64,000 nucleotides of DNA from assembly GCA_963692915.1 (NCBI GenBank), contig OY843584.1:992001-1056000 (forward strand), in the 5' to 3' direction. Below the pieces are notes generated by a model. That model had not been told where the DNA came from, searched no databases, and was given only the letters and a program-made list of their open reading frames with translations. Positions 47,449 through 56,900 of the stretch are shown here, piece after piece (the first letter of the stretch is position 1; each line of letters begins with the position of its first letter). The stretch comes from Cenarchaeum sp. (GTDB taxonomy: Archaea > Thermoproteota > Nitrososphaeria > Nitrososphaerales > Nitrosopumilaceae). Position numbers and translations under genes: made by a program.

Positions 47449-48546
47449 ATGGCTTCCAAAAAGAGGGCAGTTAGCGCCAAGGAGCGCCAGGACTCGCTCA
47501 TTGCGCTCTTGAGGAGGCAGGGCGAGCTGATATATTCCGAGCTTGACGCAGGCGAGTTTCCAAAGTTCTCGATACCGAGCCGGTCCGTCTCAAACATAAC
47601 GTATGACAAGGCCCTGCGCCAGTATATCCTCGGGGCAGGAGCCGCCGTGCGCAGCTCGCGCAACACGTCACAGCTGCGATCCTTCACGCAGCTCATGTGG
47701 CTTGCGTTCTTTGCAAACCGCCTCACGCAGGAGAAAAAGTCCTCGACTCTTCGTGATGTCTACTATTCGTCACAGGCCTTTGAGATCGACTTTGACAACC
47801 AGTCCGAGTCTGACAATATCATCGTCGACCTTGAGGCCATGCTCTCTCGCGCGCGCGAAGAGTTTCACATATTTCCCGAGGAGCGCAGCGCCGTCTTTGG
47901 CGACCTCGACATAGAGTATACTGTTCCCGGATACGAGGGCAAGAGGATGAACCTCTCAAACCATCCTGACGGGTATGCAGTCGGACCTAGCCTGACTACT
48001 GCCGAGCTAGTCGAGACTAGCGCCGAGCTCGTCATTGCCATAGAAAAGGGCGGACTCTTTACGAGGTTTGTCGAGGAGAAGGTCCACTCGCGCTTCAAGT
48101 CCATAATCGTCGACACTGGCGGGCAGGCCCCGCGCTCGACTCGCACGCTATTGCGCAGGCTCCATGAGGAGCTCGGCCTGCCTGTCATAATACTCACTGA
48201 TGGTGACGTTTATGGCGAGCACATTGCGATGGTCATAAAGTCCGGCTCGGCCAACGCCGCGCACCTGCGCGAGCTCACGGTTCCGGACGCAAAGTGGATG
48301 GGAGTCTGGGCCACTGACATTGAAAAGCACAAGCTTCCCACGATACCGATGACAGAGGCCGACATAAAGCGCTGCCACGACCTACGGCGCGATCCGCGCT
48401 ACCAAAAGGGCATATGGAAGCGCGAGCTGGAAGAGTTTCTGAGGATAAAGCGCAAGGCCGAGCTAGAGGCGTTCTCAAAGTACGGCCTGACGAACATTAC
48501 TGACAAGTACCTGCCGGCAAAGATCGAGGAGTCAAGAAGCCTCTGA
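47449..48546 (+). CDS. top6A: DNA topoisomerase VI subunit A
   Basis: STLRDVYY (catalytic Tyr), QSESD, AIEK, toprim TDGDVYG, KAELEA. Confidence 0.95.
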   Translation: MASKKRAVSAKERQDSLIALLRRQGELIYSELDAGEFPKFSIPSRSVSNITYDKALRQYILGAGAAVRSSRNTSQLRSFTQLMWLAFFANRLTQEKKSSTLRDVYYSSQAFEIDFDNQSESDNIIVDLEAMLSRAREEFHIFPEERSAVFGDLDIEYTVPGYEGKRMNLSNHPDGYAVGPSLTTAELVETSAELVIAIEKGGLFTRFVEEKVHSRFKSIIVDTGGQAPRSTRTLLRRLHEELGLPVIILTDGDVYGEHIAMVIKSGSANAAHLRELTVPDAKWMGVWATDIEKHKLPTIPMTEADIKRCHDLRRDPRYQKGIWKRELEEFLRIKRKAELEAFSKYGLTNITDKYLPAKIEESRSL

Positions 48547-49005
48547 GGGCCCTATGCGCAGCGTCAGGACGCCGTTGCGGTACTTGAAGTCGTTAATCTC
48601 CATCCCGTCCGAGCCGTCTATCGGGACCTCCTTTGAAAATCCCCCGCTGCCGCGTATGTGGAGCGTCGCGCCGACTAGCCTGACTTCGATCCTAGAGTCC
48701 GGTCCGGGCACCTCGGCGACAAAGATGAACTTTTGTCCGTCCTTTATCAGGTCATAGACCCAGTTCTTTGTCTCGTGCTCCCTGCCTGCTGCAAACGTCG
48801 GCTTTTTGTCCTTTGCTATCCCCTTGAGGTGGTGGACCCAGTAGACCATCGTGATCGATGCAGCACCAATGAGGATAAAGCTCGCAAAGCTTGCGCCAAA
48901 CCTCTGCGAGAGCACATAGATGATCCCGACCATGAGGACGACTAGGACCGCGATGGCAAAGCCCATCGACTGCTCATTAGAGTAGGTGCCCTTGTAGCTT
49001 GACAA
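48532..49005 (-). CDS. Membrane-anchored Hsp20/alpha-crystallin-like protein
   Basis: Two N-terminal TMs; VAEVPG...YRNGVLTLRI alpha-crystallin tail; probable TTG start (MSSYKGTY). Confidence 0.75.
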   Translation of the reverse strand: MSSYKGTYSNEQSMGFAIAVLVVLMVGIIYVLSQRFGASFASFILIGAASITMVYWVHHLKGIAKDKKPTFAAGREHETKNWVYDLIKDGQKFIFVAEVPGPDSRIEVRLVGATLHIRGSGGFSKEVPIDGSDGMEINDFKYRNGVLTLRIGPSEAS

Positions 49006-49108
49006 CGCGTGCGCGTGGTCGCGCCCAACAATATAAAGCGTTGCCGAGGCGGCCATGCGCCGGCCCTGTTGGGGGGTCTTGGCGCCGATCCGGGCTCGGC
49101 TGATGTGC

Positions 49109-49354
49109 CTAGACGGACACCAAGTATGCGGAGTTGAGCCGCGCCCGAGCCTTGTCGTACCGCCTCTTGTATGCCTCGTGGCCTGCCTCTAGGCGCTCCA
49201 TGTACTCCTCGTGCCGCTCCGTGCATGCGTCGCGCTCGGCTTGGATCCACTCCACGCGGGCGTCATGCGCGGCGCTGATTCTATCCCGTGTGGCAAAGTG
49301 CTCATCAAGGCTCTGCTCCTCACGCCTTGCGCCCTCGGTGTCGAGGCGCGCCAT
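49109..49354 (-). CDS. Small charged helical hypothetical protein or paralog remnant
   Basis: E/R-rich 81 aa ORF; its first 16 bp match the MARLD segment of the neighbouring coiled-coil gene. Confidence 0.3.
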   Translation of the reverse strand: MARLDTEGARREEQSLDEHFATRDRISAAHDARVEWIQAERDACTERHEEYMERLEAGHEAYKRRYDKARARLNSAYLVSV

Positions 49355-49468
49355 GTAGGCAGGATGCGCCCATTTGGCCAGATGGGCAGTGTGGACGTGC
49401 TGATATCATGCACGCCTAGGCACGAGATCGGCGCCTAGCGCCCACATGGGCCCATACCGAGGCGCACC

Positions 49469-50215
49469 CTAGTCCTTGTCGTCAGGCTCCGGCATGGCCG
49501 GTTGTGGCACGACCTGCCTGTACGTGGGGCGCATGAACGCGGGATTGAGAAACCCGTGCAGCTCGTCAAAGCGGCCGTCGAGGCGCGCCATGCCTTTGCT
49601 GATCTTCCCCATTCCTTCGTGGACCTTGTCCATCTCATCCTTGCGCTCCTTGCGGTCGGCCTCGCGCTGCTCATCACGCTCCTTGCGGTCGGCCTCGCGC
49701 TGCTCAGCGCGCTCCTTGCGGTCGGCCATGCGCTGCTCATCACGCTCCTTGCGGTCGTCCATGCGTTGCTCAGCGCGCTCCTTGATGTCGTCCACGCGCT
49801 GCTTGTTGCGGCCGGCGATCTCGCCGTCGAGGCGGTCGCACAGCTTGTCGACGCGTTCGCACACCCTGTTGATGGAATCCTTGAGCTCCTTGCGGTCGGC
49901 CTCGCGCGCCTTTTCGTAGCGGTCCAGGTCGGCCTTGCGCGCCTCCTCGTAGTGCTTTAGCTGGCTCTCGCGCGCCCTTTCCTGGCGGTCCAGGTCGTCC
50001 TTGCGCTCCTTTTTGTCGTCCTTGCGAGCCTCCTCGTATTGCTTTAGCTGGCTCTCGCGCGCCCTTTCCTGGCTGTCCAGGTCGGCCTTGCGCTCCTTTC
50101 TGCCCTCACGGGCGCTCTTTTTGGCCTCATAGACGATGTACACGACGATTCCGACGATCGAGGCGAGCACGGGGACGAGGACCGTGAGCGTCTCGGCGAG
50201 TGTCTCGTGGATCAC
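49469..50215 (-). CDS. Membrane-anchored coiled-coil protein with 11-aa repeats (paralog family member 3)
   Basis: N-terminal TM, ADRKERDEQRE repeats, CDRLDGEIA (cf. CDKLDGEIA in member 1), LDGRFDEL. Confidence 0.75.
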   Translation of the reverse strand: MIHETLAETLTVLVPVLASIVGIVVYIVYEAKKSAREGRKERKADLDSQERARESQLKQYEEARKDDKKERKDDLDRQERARESQLKHYEEARKADLDRYEKAREADRKELKDSINRVCERVDKLCDRLDGEIAGRNKQRVDDIKERAEQRMDDRKERDEQRMADRKERAEQREADRKERDEQREADRKERKDEMDKVHEGMGKISKGMARLDGRFDELHGFLNPAFMRPTYRQVVPQPAMPEPDDKD

Positions 50216-50229
50216 ACCACCCCCTGAGT

Positions 50230-50243
50230 AATTTTCAATTTAA
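50230..50243 (-). promoter_or_regulatory. TATA-containing motif TTAAATTGAAAATT, 14 nt upstream of GTG start
   Basis: Shared with paralogs; extends to ATATGCTTAWATTGAAAATTRCTCA with member 1. Confidence 0.7.
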
Positions 50244-50356
50244 GCATATTCGCCGAGTCGCCCGAGGCGCCAGGCGGCGCCAGAATGCCTGATATCGGCG
50301 TCCTGTGGGGCCATGGGTGGCGGATCTGCGCATAAAATGACCGGATATGGGCGTGT

Positions 50357-50491
50357 GGGCGGCGGATCTGCGCGCTAGCCGTCCGTGTTCTCGTCGTCGT
50401 CCTCGGGGAGCATCTCGGGATAGAGCTCTAGCATGGCTAGCTCGGCGAGGTTTATCTCACTCGCAATCCTCTCCTGCAGGCGCTCAAGGTA
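50357..50491. repeat. 135-bp direct repeat of 53940-54074 (3' end of giant surface gene)
   Basis: Direct comparison: 4 mismatches in 135 bp, offset 3583. Confidence 0.92.
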
Positions 50492-50627
50492 TGGAGGGAG
50501 CCGACCCCGGTGGAGTTCATGGCCTGGATCAGCTGAGGCGGCTCGTGCGTGCGCCCCCGGAGGCCGCCCCCATGGCTGACCGTGAGGGTCGGCACATGAT
50601 CATGTACTGTGCACCACGTCACACATT

Positions 50628-51866
50628 TTATGACCCATGTTTGTGCAGTGCACGATTATACTTGATCATGGTATTCTGATTGGCAGTGTCATATAGCACA
50701 TCAGTCTTGTTGACAAGAGCTATCCGGTTACCGGCAGGGTCCGTCAATAGCAATCTTCCCTCGTCAAAGTCTAGAATCACACTCTTTTCATAGTGTTTTG
50801 TAATTGTGGCATGATGTAATGCGTTAATGTACAGCATATTTTTCCAGTTATCAAGTAGTTTAAAATGTTGTTTTGATTCTGCAGTTGCAAGAGGAATTAT
50901 ATGATGCATTTCAAAATCAGAGTTTTTTTTTAATTTATGTTTAGCAAAATATATGGATTTTTGGCTGTTTGACCTAGATAGTCGTATGCCCAGGGGTGAG
51001 TTCTGTGGATCTGCCAACTTTAATGTTGTGTTGTCCGCATGAAAATACACAGTTTGATTCAACAAATGAAAAACTTGGCTTGCCTCATTACGCCAGTTTC
51101 CATAATCTCGTTGTTCATTTTTAGGATATTTCTTGTTGGGTTGCAAGTCACCCACAATAGTGTCACGAACTAATCGCATTCTATTTTTGCCCAACTTTCT
51201 GTAAGATCTGATCAAATGTGCTGCACTACTAACACCTATTGAAAATGTGGTGTCAATGTCAATGGCCGATACAAAAAATTGATATTCATCCAAGCGAATA
51301 GTTTTTAGGCCTGTGTCTTCATAGCGAAGCAGTTCAAGTATAATTTCAATTCTGCCATCAAATAGATTGTTTAGCCCTTTAGTGTACAGAAAATGGCTTT
51401 GGCTCAAGTTAAACGAAATTAGCTTTGTCCCTAGTGCTGATAAAGACACAAATTTTGTGGAATACCGCTTGTGAGAAGGAATAGGCTTTTTGTGCTTATC
51501 ATATCTATTGATAAAATTCATTCGATGCAGATCAGGAAAGAAATTTTTTCTTATTGAGTCCTGCGTTCCTCTTTGTATTTGAGCAAATAGATCATCACAA
51601 AAATTGGAATAGGTTTTTTCGCCAAGGAGGATTTTTGGTCGTTTAGAAATATCAGTAGTCCTTATCTGCATAAGTGTGTTATTGGGAGCATGTTTGTCAA
51701 GAAGTCGCAAGAGTAGCATTACATCATCATAGTCAAATCGATTATGTTGTGATGTGTGCTTTCCACGATATTGCAGATTGTTGATTCTTTGATTTATGAA
51801 CTGCAGTCCCTCATTTTCTGGAGATATGTTAAGGAATTTGTTAGTCCAGCTCAACTGACAACACAC
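50628..51866 (-). CDS. MboII-like Type IIS restriction endonuclease (HNH); start may be TTG 51854
   Basis: YRG.H.SQHNR, MQIRTTDISKRP, GTQD..RKN, RDY.NW.NE, HIIPL...LDNW.N.LYI...H match R.MboII as I recall it. Confidence 0.8.
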   Translation of the reverse strand: MCCQLSWTNKFLNISPENEGLQFINQRINNLQYRGKHTSQHNRFDYDDVMLLLRLLDKHAPNNTLMQIRTTDISKRPKILLGEKTYSNFCDDLFAQIQRGTQDSIRKNFFPDLHRMNFINRYDKHKKPIPSHKRYSTKFVSLSALGTKLISFNLSQSHFLYTKGLNNLFDGRIEIILELLRYEDTGLKTIRLDEYQFFVSAIDIDTTFSIGVSSAAHLIRSYRKLGKNRMRLVRDTIVGDLQPNKKYPKNEQRDYGNWRNEASQVFHLLNQTVYFHADNTTLKLADPQNSPLGIRLSRSNSQKSIYFAKHKLKKNSDFEMHHIIPLATAESKQHFKLLDNWKNMLYINALHHATITKHYEKSVILDFDEGRLLLTDPAGNRIALVNKTDVLYDTANQNTMIKYNRALHKHGS

Positions 51867-52632
51867 CTGTTTTAATACGTTGTTTTGCTCCTATAGTATA
51901 TTTGGGATTATTGTCACATCCAACAAAATTGCGTCCCAAATTTTTACAAACTAGTGGGACTGTCCCACTTCCTAAGAAGCAATCCAGAACAAGATCACCC
52001 TTGTTGCTGCTTGCTTTGACAATCCTCGTGATCATGCTTTGGGGTTTAATTGATTCATGGGTAAGCTTTTTTATTTTGCCGTTCACTTTATTGACATGTC
52101 GTTCGCTAGGAAAATGCCATATTTCTCCGCAAAGCTTGCCATCAGGGTTAGGGTACCAACGTTTGCCATTTTTAATAATGCCTTTTTTCTTTGCATGGTT
52201 AATTCGGTCAGTCGACGCGTATGGGATCCTAATATCATCATAGTTGAATGTGTGCTTGTTGCCTTTGGTAAAAAATAGTATGGTTTCTTGCCCGTTGACA
52301 AATTTTTTGGTCGCGTATCCAAATCCATCTCTTTTATCCCACGATAGCCAATTTTGAAATATCATGTTTTTTGCAACAAGATGTTGTAATATGTAGGCAG
52401 AATTGAAAGCGGTGTTGAACACATAAAGACTAGCAGTTGTTTTTAGTTTTGGGATTAGTTTGTCGATCCACCCGAACGTGAATTCCATAAAATGCTCATG
52501 AGAATCAAAGGTGTCCCAATCTGAAATTTTCAAGTTGTACGGAGGATCAATTATTGCCAAGTCTACAGTGTTGTTTTTTATTTTCTTGTCCAAAAAATCA
52601 AAACAGCTCATCGTATGCAGCTTTATGCTCAT
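51841..52632 (-). CDS. m6A DNA methyltransferase, M1.MboII-like (beta class)
   Basis: IDPPY, WDKRDG, YASTDRI.HA..KGI.KNGKRWYPNP.G.LCGE.W, DCFLGSGT closely follow M1.MboII. Confidence 0.88.
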   Translation of the reverse strand: MSIKLHTMSCFDFLDKKIKNNTVDLAIIDPPYNLKISDWDTFDSHEHFMEFTFGWIDKLIPKLKTTASLYVFNTAFNSAYILQHLVAKNMIFQNWLSWDKRDGFGYATKKFVNGQETILFFTKGNKHTFNYDDIRIPYASTDRINHAKKKGIIKNGKRWYPNPDGKLCGEIWHFPSERHVNKVNGKIKKLTHESIKPQSMITRIVKASSNKGDLVLDCFLGSGTVPLVCKNLGRNFVGCDNNPKYTIGAKQRIKTGVLSVELD

Positions 52633-53532
52633 TCAGTCCATCTCCTGAAGTTTTTTGGTAATACATGGTTTGTATGATTTGATTATTTCATATCCAACAT
52701 ATTTACGCTTTAGCTTTTTAGCAATTTTGAGGGTTGTGCCAGAGCCGGCGAATGGGTCAAGAACCACGTCACCCTCATATGTAAACAGACGAATGCAACG
52801 GTACGCTATCTCTTCAGGCATTAATGCTGAATGCAGTCCATAGGCACTATCACGTTTGTTTGGTACCGGTATGTCCCACACCTGCTTTGTAAATTCAACC
52901 CATTCTTTTTGTGATAATTTGCTGTGCGCTTTTCTAGTTTTGGCAATGCTGTTCTGAGATGGGCCATCTTTGACGTATACGGCCACAAATTCCACCGTGT
53001 TTTGCGCATAGAAATTTCTCGGATACGGATAGCTCCCAAACATCAGCTTTTTGGAAGGGTTAGTCCTATTCCATATATAGACATCAAGAAGATAGAGTTC
53101 AGTGTGTTTCAGTATTGAGTTCTGTATGGACGCATTAATGTCAAAAATATGCCTGTTAAAATGCGTGTTTAGATCTTTCTTTAGCATGGGCATCAACGGG
53201 ACATTTATGATCAGTTTGCCGTTGGAAGTTAGTATGCGTTGACATTCCTTCCATACCTGCAACAATTCATTGATGTATGTGTCAAAGTGTCGTATGTCAC
53301 CAATCTGGGGAACGTCAGTTTTTGAGTGCCGTTTATTCTGATGGCCGTCAAGGGAGTAATCCTTTATGAAAAAATATGGTGGGCTTGTTATGACGCAGTG
53401 GACAGAGCCATCAGGCAACTCTCCCATGCGGCGCGAATCCTTATAGTGTACTGTGTTGACATAGGCAGGGTGGCGCACGACTCGCCTCTTGGCAGTGAGC
53501 GCCTTGTTGGCTACCGGTCTAGATCTAGCCAC
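52633..53532 (-). CDS. m4C DNA methyltransferase, M2.MboII-like (beta class)
   Basis: TSPPY catalytic motif, FGSYPYP, HSALMP, DPFAGSGTT. Confidence 0.85.
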   Translation of the reverse strand: MARSRPVANKALTAKRRVVRHPAYVNTVHYKDSRRMGELPDGSVHCVITSPPYFFIKDYSLDGHQNKRHSKTDVPQIGDIRHFDTYINELLQVWKECQRILTSNGKLIINVPLMPMLKKDLNTHFNRHIFDINASIQNSILKHTELYLLDVYIWNRTNPSKKLMFGSYPYPRNFYAQNTVEFVAVYVKDGPSQNSIAKTRKAHSKLSQKEWVEFTKQVWDIPVPNKRDSAYGLHSALMPEEIAYRCIRLFTYEGDVVLDPFAGSGTTLKIAKKLKRKYVGYEIIKSYKPCITKKLQEMD

Positions 53533-53957
53533 CCAAAATCACGCTCCCAGCCTCAAGAATGCTCCTGCTTACGGCACGGTCGTAGGGATGCCCTGTGGGC
53601 GGGCTTTGGCCCGCCGGCGCGTACTCCTCCCCGGAGGCGGCTGCGAGAGTCCGTGAGCCCATCATCGAGCCCATTGCGCCCATGTCGATGTGCACCACAT
53701 CCCAAAGTGCTCCCGCAAACTCCCCGCCGCCGTGAACAGGCCCCATCCTCGCCATAGCCGCCCTCATGACATGCGTGGCACCACATGGGCGATATATTGA
53801 TTGTCTCCCTTTCCGTCATGCTCACCCCACGTTGACGTGGGAGGCAGTCAGCGCAGGCGCAGGCACATGATCATGCACTGCCGTCACAGCATATGGTCAT
53901 GTGCCGACCCTCACGGTCAGCCATGGGGGCGGCTTTCTGGGGCGGCGGATCTGCGCG

Positions 53958-56900
53958 CTAGCCGTCCGTGCCCTCGTCGTCGTCCTCGGGGAGCATCTCG
54001 GGATAGAGCTCTAGCATGGCCAGCTCGGCGAGGTTTATCTCATTCGCAATCCTCTCCTGCAGGCGCTCAAGGTACACGCTCTGGTCCTCGGGCTCCGGCG
54101 AGGCGACATACGAGGGCTCGGCCCCAGGCAGCGCGACTGCGATGCCCATGAGGCGCAGGTACTCCTCGGCGATGGCCCGCTCCTTTTCGAGAATCTCATC
54201 AAAGAGGGCCGTCCCGCGCGAGGCGCCATGCGACGTCAGGCGGTTCTCCTCGTACATTGACTCGTCCACGTCATGGTGGAGCGAGGCGAGGTTGCGCAGC
54301 GGCGCATACGTCCCGTCAGGCGTGAGGCGGTACACGCGGTACTCGTCATCGAGCATGTACGTCACGTGGCGCGCGTCATAGTCGATTATCCCGTCAGCGT
54401 CATCATCGACGTGACCCGCGAGGAGCGGGTATAGCGTGAGCGTGCCGCCGTTGACCTCGATGCCGTGGCTCGGGTTTAGCGACTCGCCGGTGACGTGCAC
54501 GCCGTGGTTGAAAAAGTTCTGCCACGAGTTGCGCCTGTCGTCCCAGACGACTGTCGAGACGACGTCAAACTCTAGTGGCTCGAGGAACGTGTGCGATATC
54601 GTGACGATGAGGCACTCGGCAGCCGATCCGGCCATGCACTCGCCGACTGCTGACTCGGCGCGCAGCGTCTTGACGTCAAGGGCAGATGCCGGATCCTCAA
54701 GTGACACTGTCGGCTCGCCGCTAAATGGCAGGCTTACCCTAATTTCTGCCTGTGACTCTGAAAAGTGCTGCCCGCGCGTGAGGCCAAATCCGAGACCCAC
54801 GTGGCGCACGTTCTGCGGTCCGGTGTCCTCAAATATCTTGATGACTGCCGTGTTCTCCTGGCCCGTCTCCACCGTGATTAGCGGGAGCGGCGTGTAATAG
54901 TACTCGGCGTCTATCGTGTCGGCATTGTACGAGAATCCGCCGGCGACCCTGCGCACGCCCGTGCTGTCTATTCCTAGCGTCGGCGGCGTGCAGTCATCGC
55001 ACCCGTCGCCGCCTCCGCCCACGCGTATGCCCTGCGAGCTGCCGCCAAACTGCGTAAAGTGGTTCGTCCAGATGAGAATGTCCCCGCCGTCGCGCACGTG
55101 GCAGTCGCGCGCAAGGGCCTCTGTCATCGCGTCGCCGAGTGCAGGCTTTGTCTCGGCGTCAATGTCCTCGAATCCGGCGTCATCGCAAGTCTGTATCGCA
55201 GTCACCCGCACGCGGTCCTCGCCGGCGACGTGGAGCGGCTCTCCGTCCTGGACCGCCTCCATGTAGAATATGTGGTCTGACTCTGAAATGCCATCTAGCC
55301 TGATCAGGACCGGCGCCGAGAACAGGACCATGTCTGCATCAGACCTCTTGCCCAGCGTGAGGAAGGCCGCCGGCTCACTGGAGGTGATGGCCCGCGCTGC
55401 GCGCTCGTTGGCCGTTTGCGCTGCCTCGTCATCGGCGTCAGGTGCGCCGTGGTATGTCAGGTCGTCCAGGCGGCGCGCGAGCTCGGCGAGGAGCGTGCCC
55501 GGCGAGACGCCCTCGTCTGTCTCGCCTAGCGCCCTGATCACGGTCCCGCTGAATATCGTGACCTCGTGGCGCCCGAGGCGAATCGTAATGTCCGCGTCAA
55601 TCGTGCCGTCATCGGCCACAACGTCGTCTGTGAGGAGCCTTACCGGCCCGATGAGCCTTCCGCGATCATCAGGCGCGCTGATCGTTACTGGGAGTGCGCC
55701 GGTGGGCGGCACGATGAGCGTGTCTGACTCGATCTCCCCGCCCTCGCCGATCGTGACCTCTTGTGGCACAAACGAGTTGCCGGCAAGGTCGGTGATGCCG
55801 GCCTCTATCGTGAATATGTACGTGCCCGGCTCTAGCGCGAGGTCCGCAGTCGCGTCACTGGCCGAGATCACGTCGCTGCCTGCCGGCTGTTCTGGCCTGA
55901 TCTCCAGGGCCGCTGACGGGTCTGTCGCGCCATCTGGCGTCGCGTCGTCACTCGCCGAGACGTCGCCCGTGCCGGTGACGTCCTCGGAGAAGACGAACTG
56001 GACCAGGTCTGATGACGTTCTCAGGACGGCCTCGATGCTCGGCATGCTGACGTCCACGCGAACCGGCGGATCGCTGGTCTGGTCCTCCCGCGTGAACATC
56101 GCCTCGTTGGAGGGGATCACGGCGTCATTGACGGTGATGGTGAACTCTAGTGGCCCGTCAGGCGTCCACGAGCCGGGCACGGCGATGTCTGCTGATGTGG
56201 CCGTCATGTCGCCGTTGCTCAGCGCCATCGTGGCCTGCACGTTTAGCGCCGAGATGGTCGGCAGCGAGGTGGTCGAGGACGGCTCGGAGAGCTCTAGCGT
56301 GACGCGTATTGCGTCACCCTCGCCGGCGATATGCGCATAGGCTCCGGTCTTTGGCACCCTTGGCGTGGCATCATCGAGGACCACGACTGCGAGCGTGACT
56401 ACCTCCGGCGGCGCGCCGTCGGCGACTCCACGTACCGCCGTGCCGTCTGCCAGGGCGTTGGCCGCCGGCGAGGCGTCAGTGATGTCAGATGACTCTCCGG
56501 CCGGCACACGGTATCCCACCGTCTGCGGGACGGCCGCCGTGTCAGCGGATCCCCATCCGGTTGCAGGCTCATAGTCTGACGGGAGCGTGAGCGTGAGCGT
56601 TTTGCCGTCTAGCGTGGCTGAGGCAAACGTCGTGGTTGCCGCGTCAAGCTCGGCGCGCGTTGGCGGGTCGACGGCCGAGTCATAGTGGAACCAGCGCGAG
56701 GCGTCGATGCCGCCCTCGGCTGCCATGACGTCCTCGTCAAACGTCACCGTGAGCGCCGTCGAGCTCGCAGTGGCCGGCTTGAATAGCGGGGCCAGGCCGT
56801 CAGCAGCTATCACTGCGCGATCGGATATGGGACGCATGTTGATCGTCGAGATTATGGGCGTCGCGCCGTCTCCGGTCGGCGCCCTGTACGCCACGAGGGG

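Larger units (their letters stand above)
50552..53944. mobile_element. Inverted-repeat-bounded, non-autonomous AT-rich cassette carrying an RM system
   Basis: 60-bp IRs at 50552-50611 and 53885-53944 (54/60; perfect 37-bp core 50563-50599 / 53897-53933); abrupt switch to AT-rich sequence; no transposase. Confidence 0.65.

Noticed and set aside
53525-53825. Small ORFs upstream of the MTases as an RM controller (C) protein
   Set aside because: No HTH pattern; GC-rich low-information translations
50357-54074. Diversity-generating retroelement (TR/VR) reading of the 135-bp repeat: 3 of 4 differences are A in the orphan copy (including AAC to GGC) and a hairpin follows the gene
   Set aside because: No reverse transcriptase in the window, all 4 changes are transitions, one goes the wrong way, most adenines are unchanged, and the region encodes a helical tail rather than a lectin-type variable domain. 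Revisit only if a DGR RT is found elsewhere in the genome.
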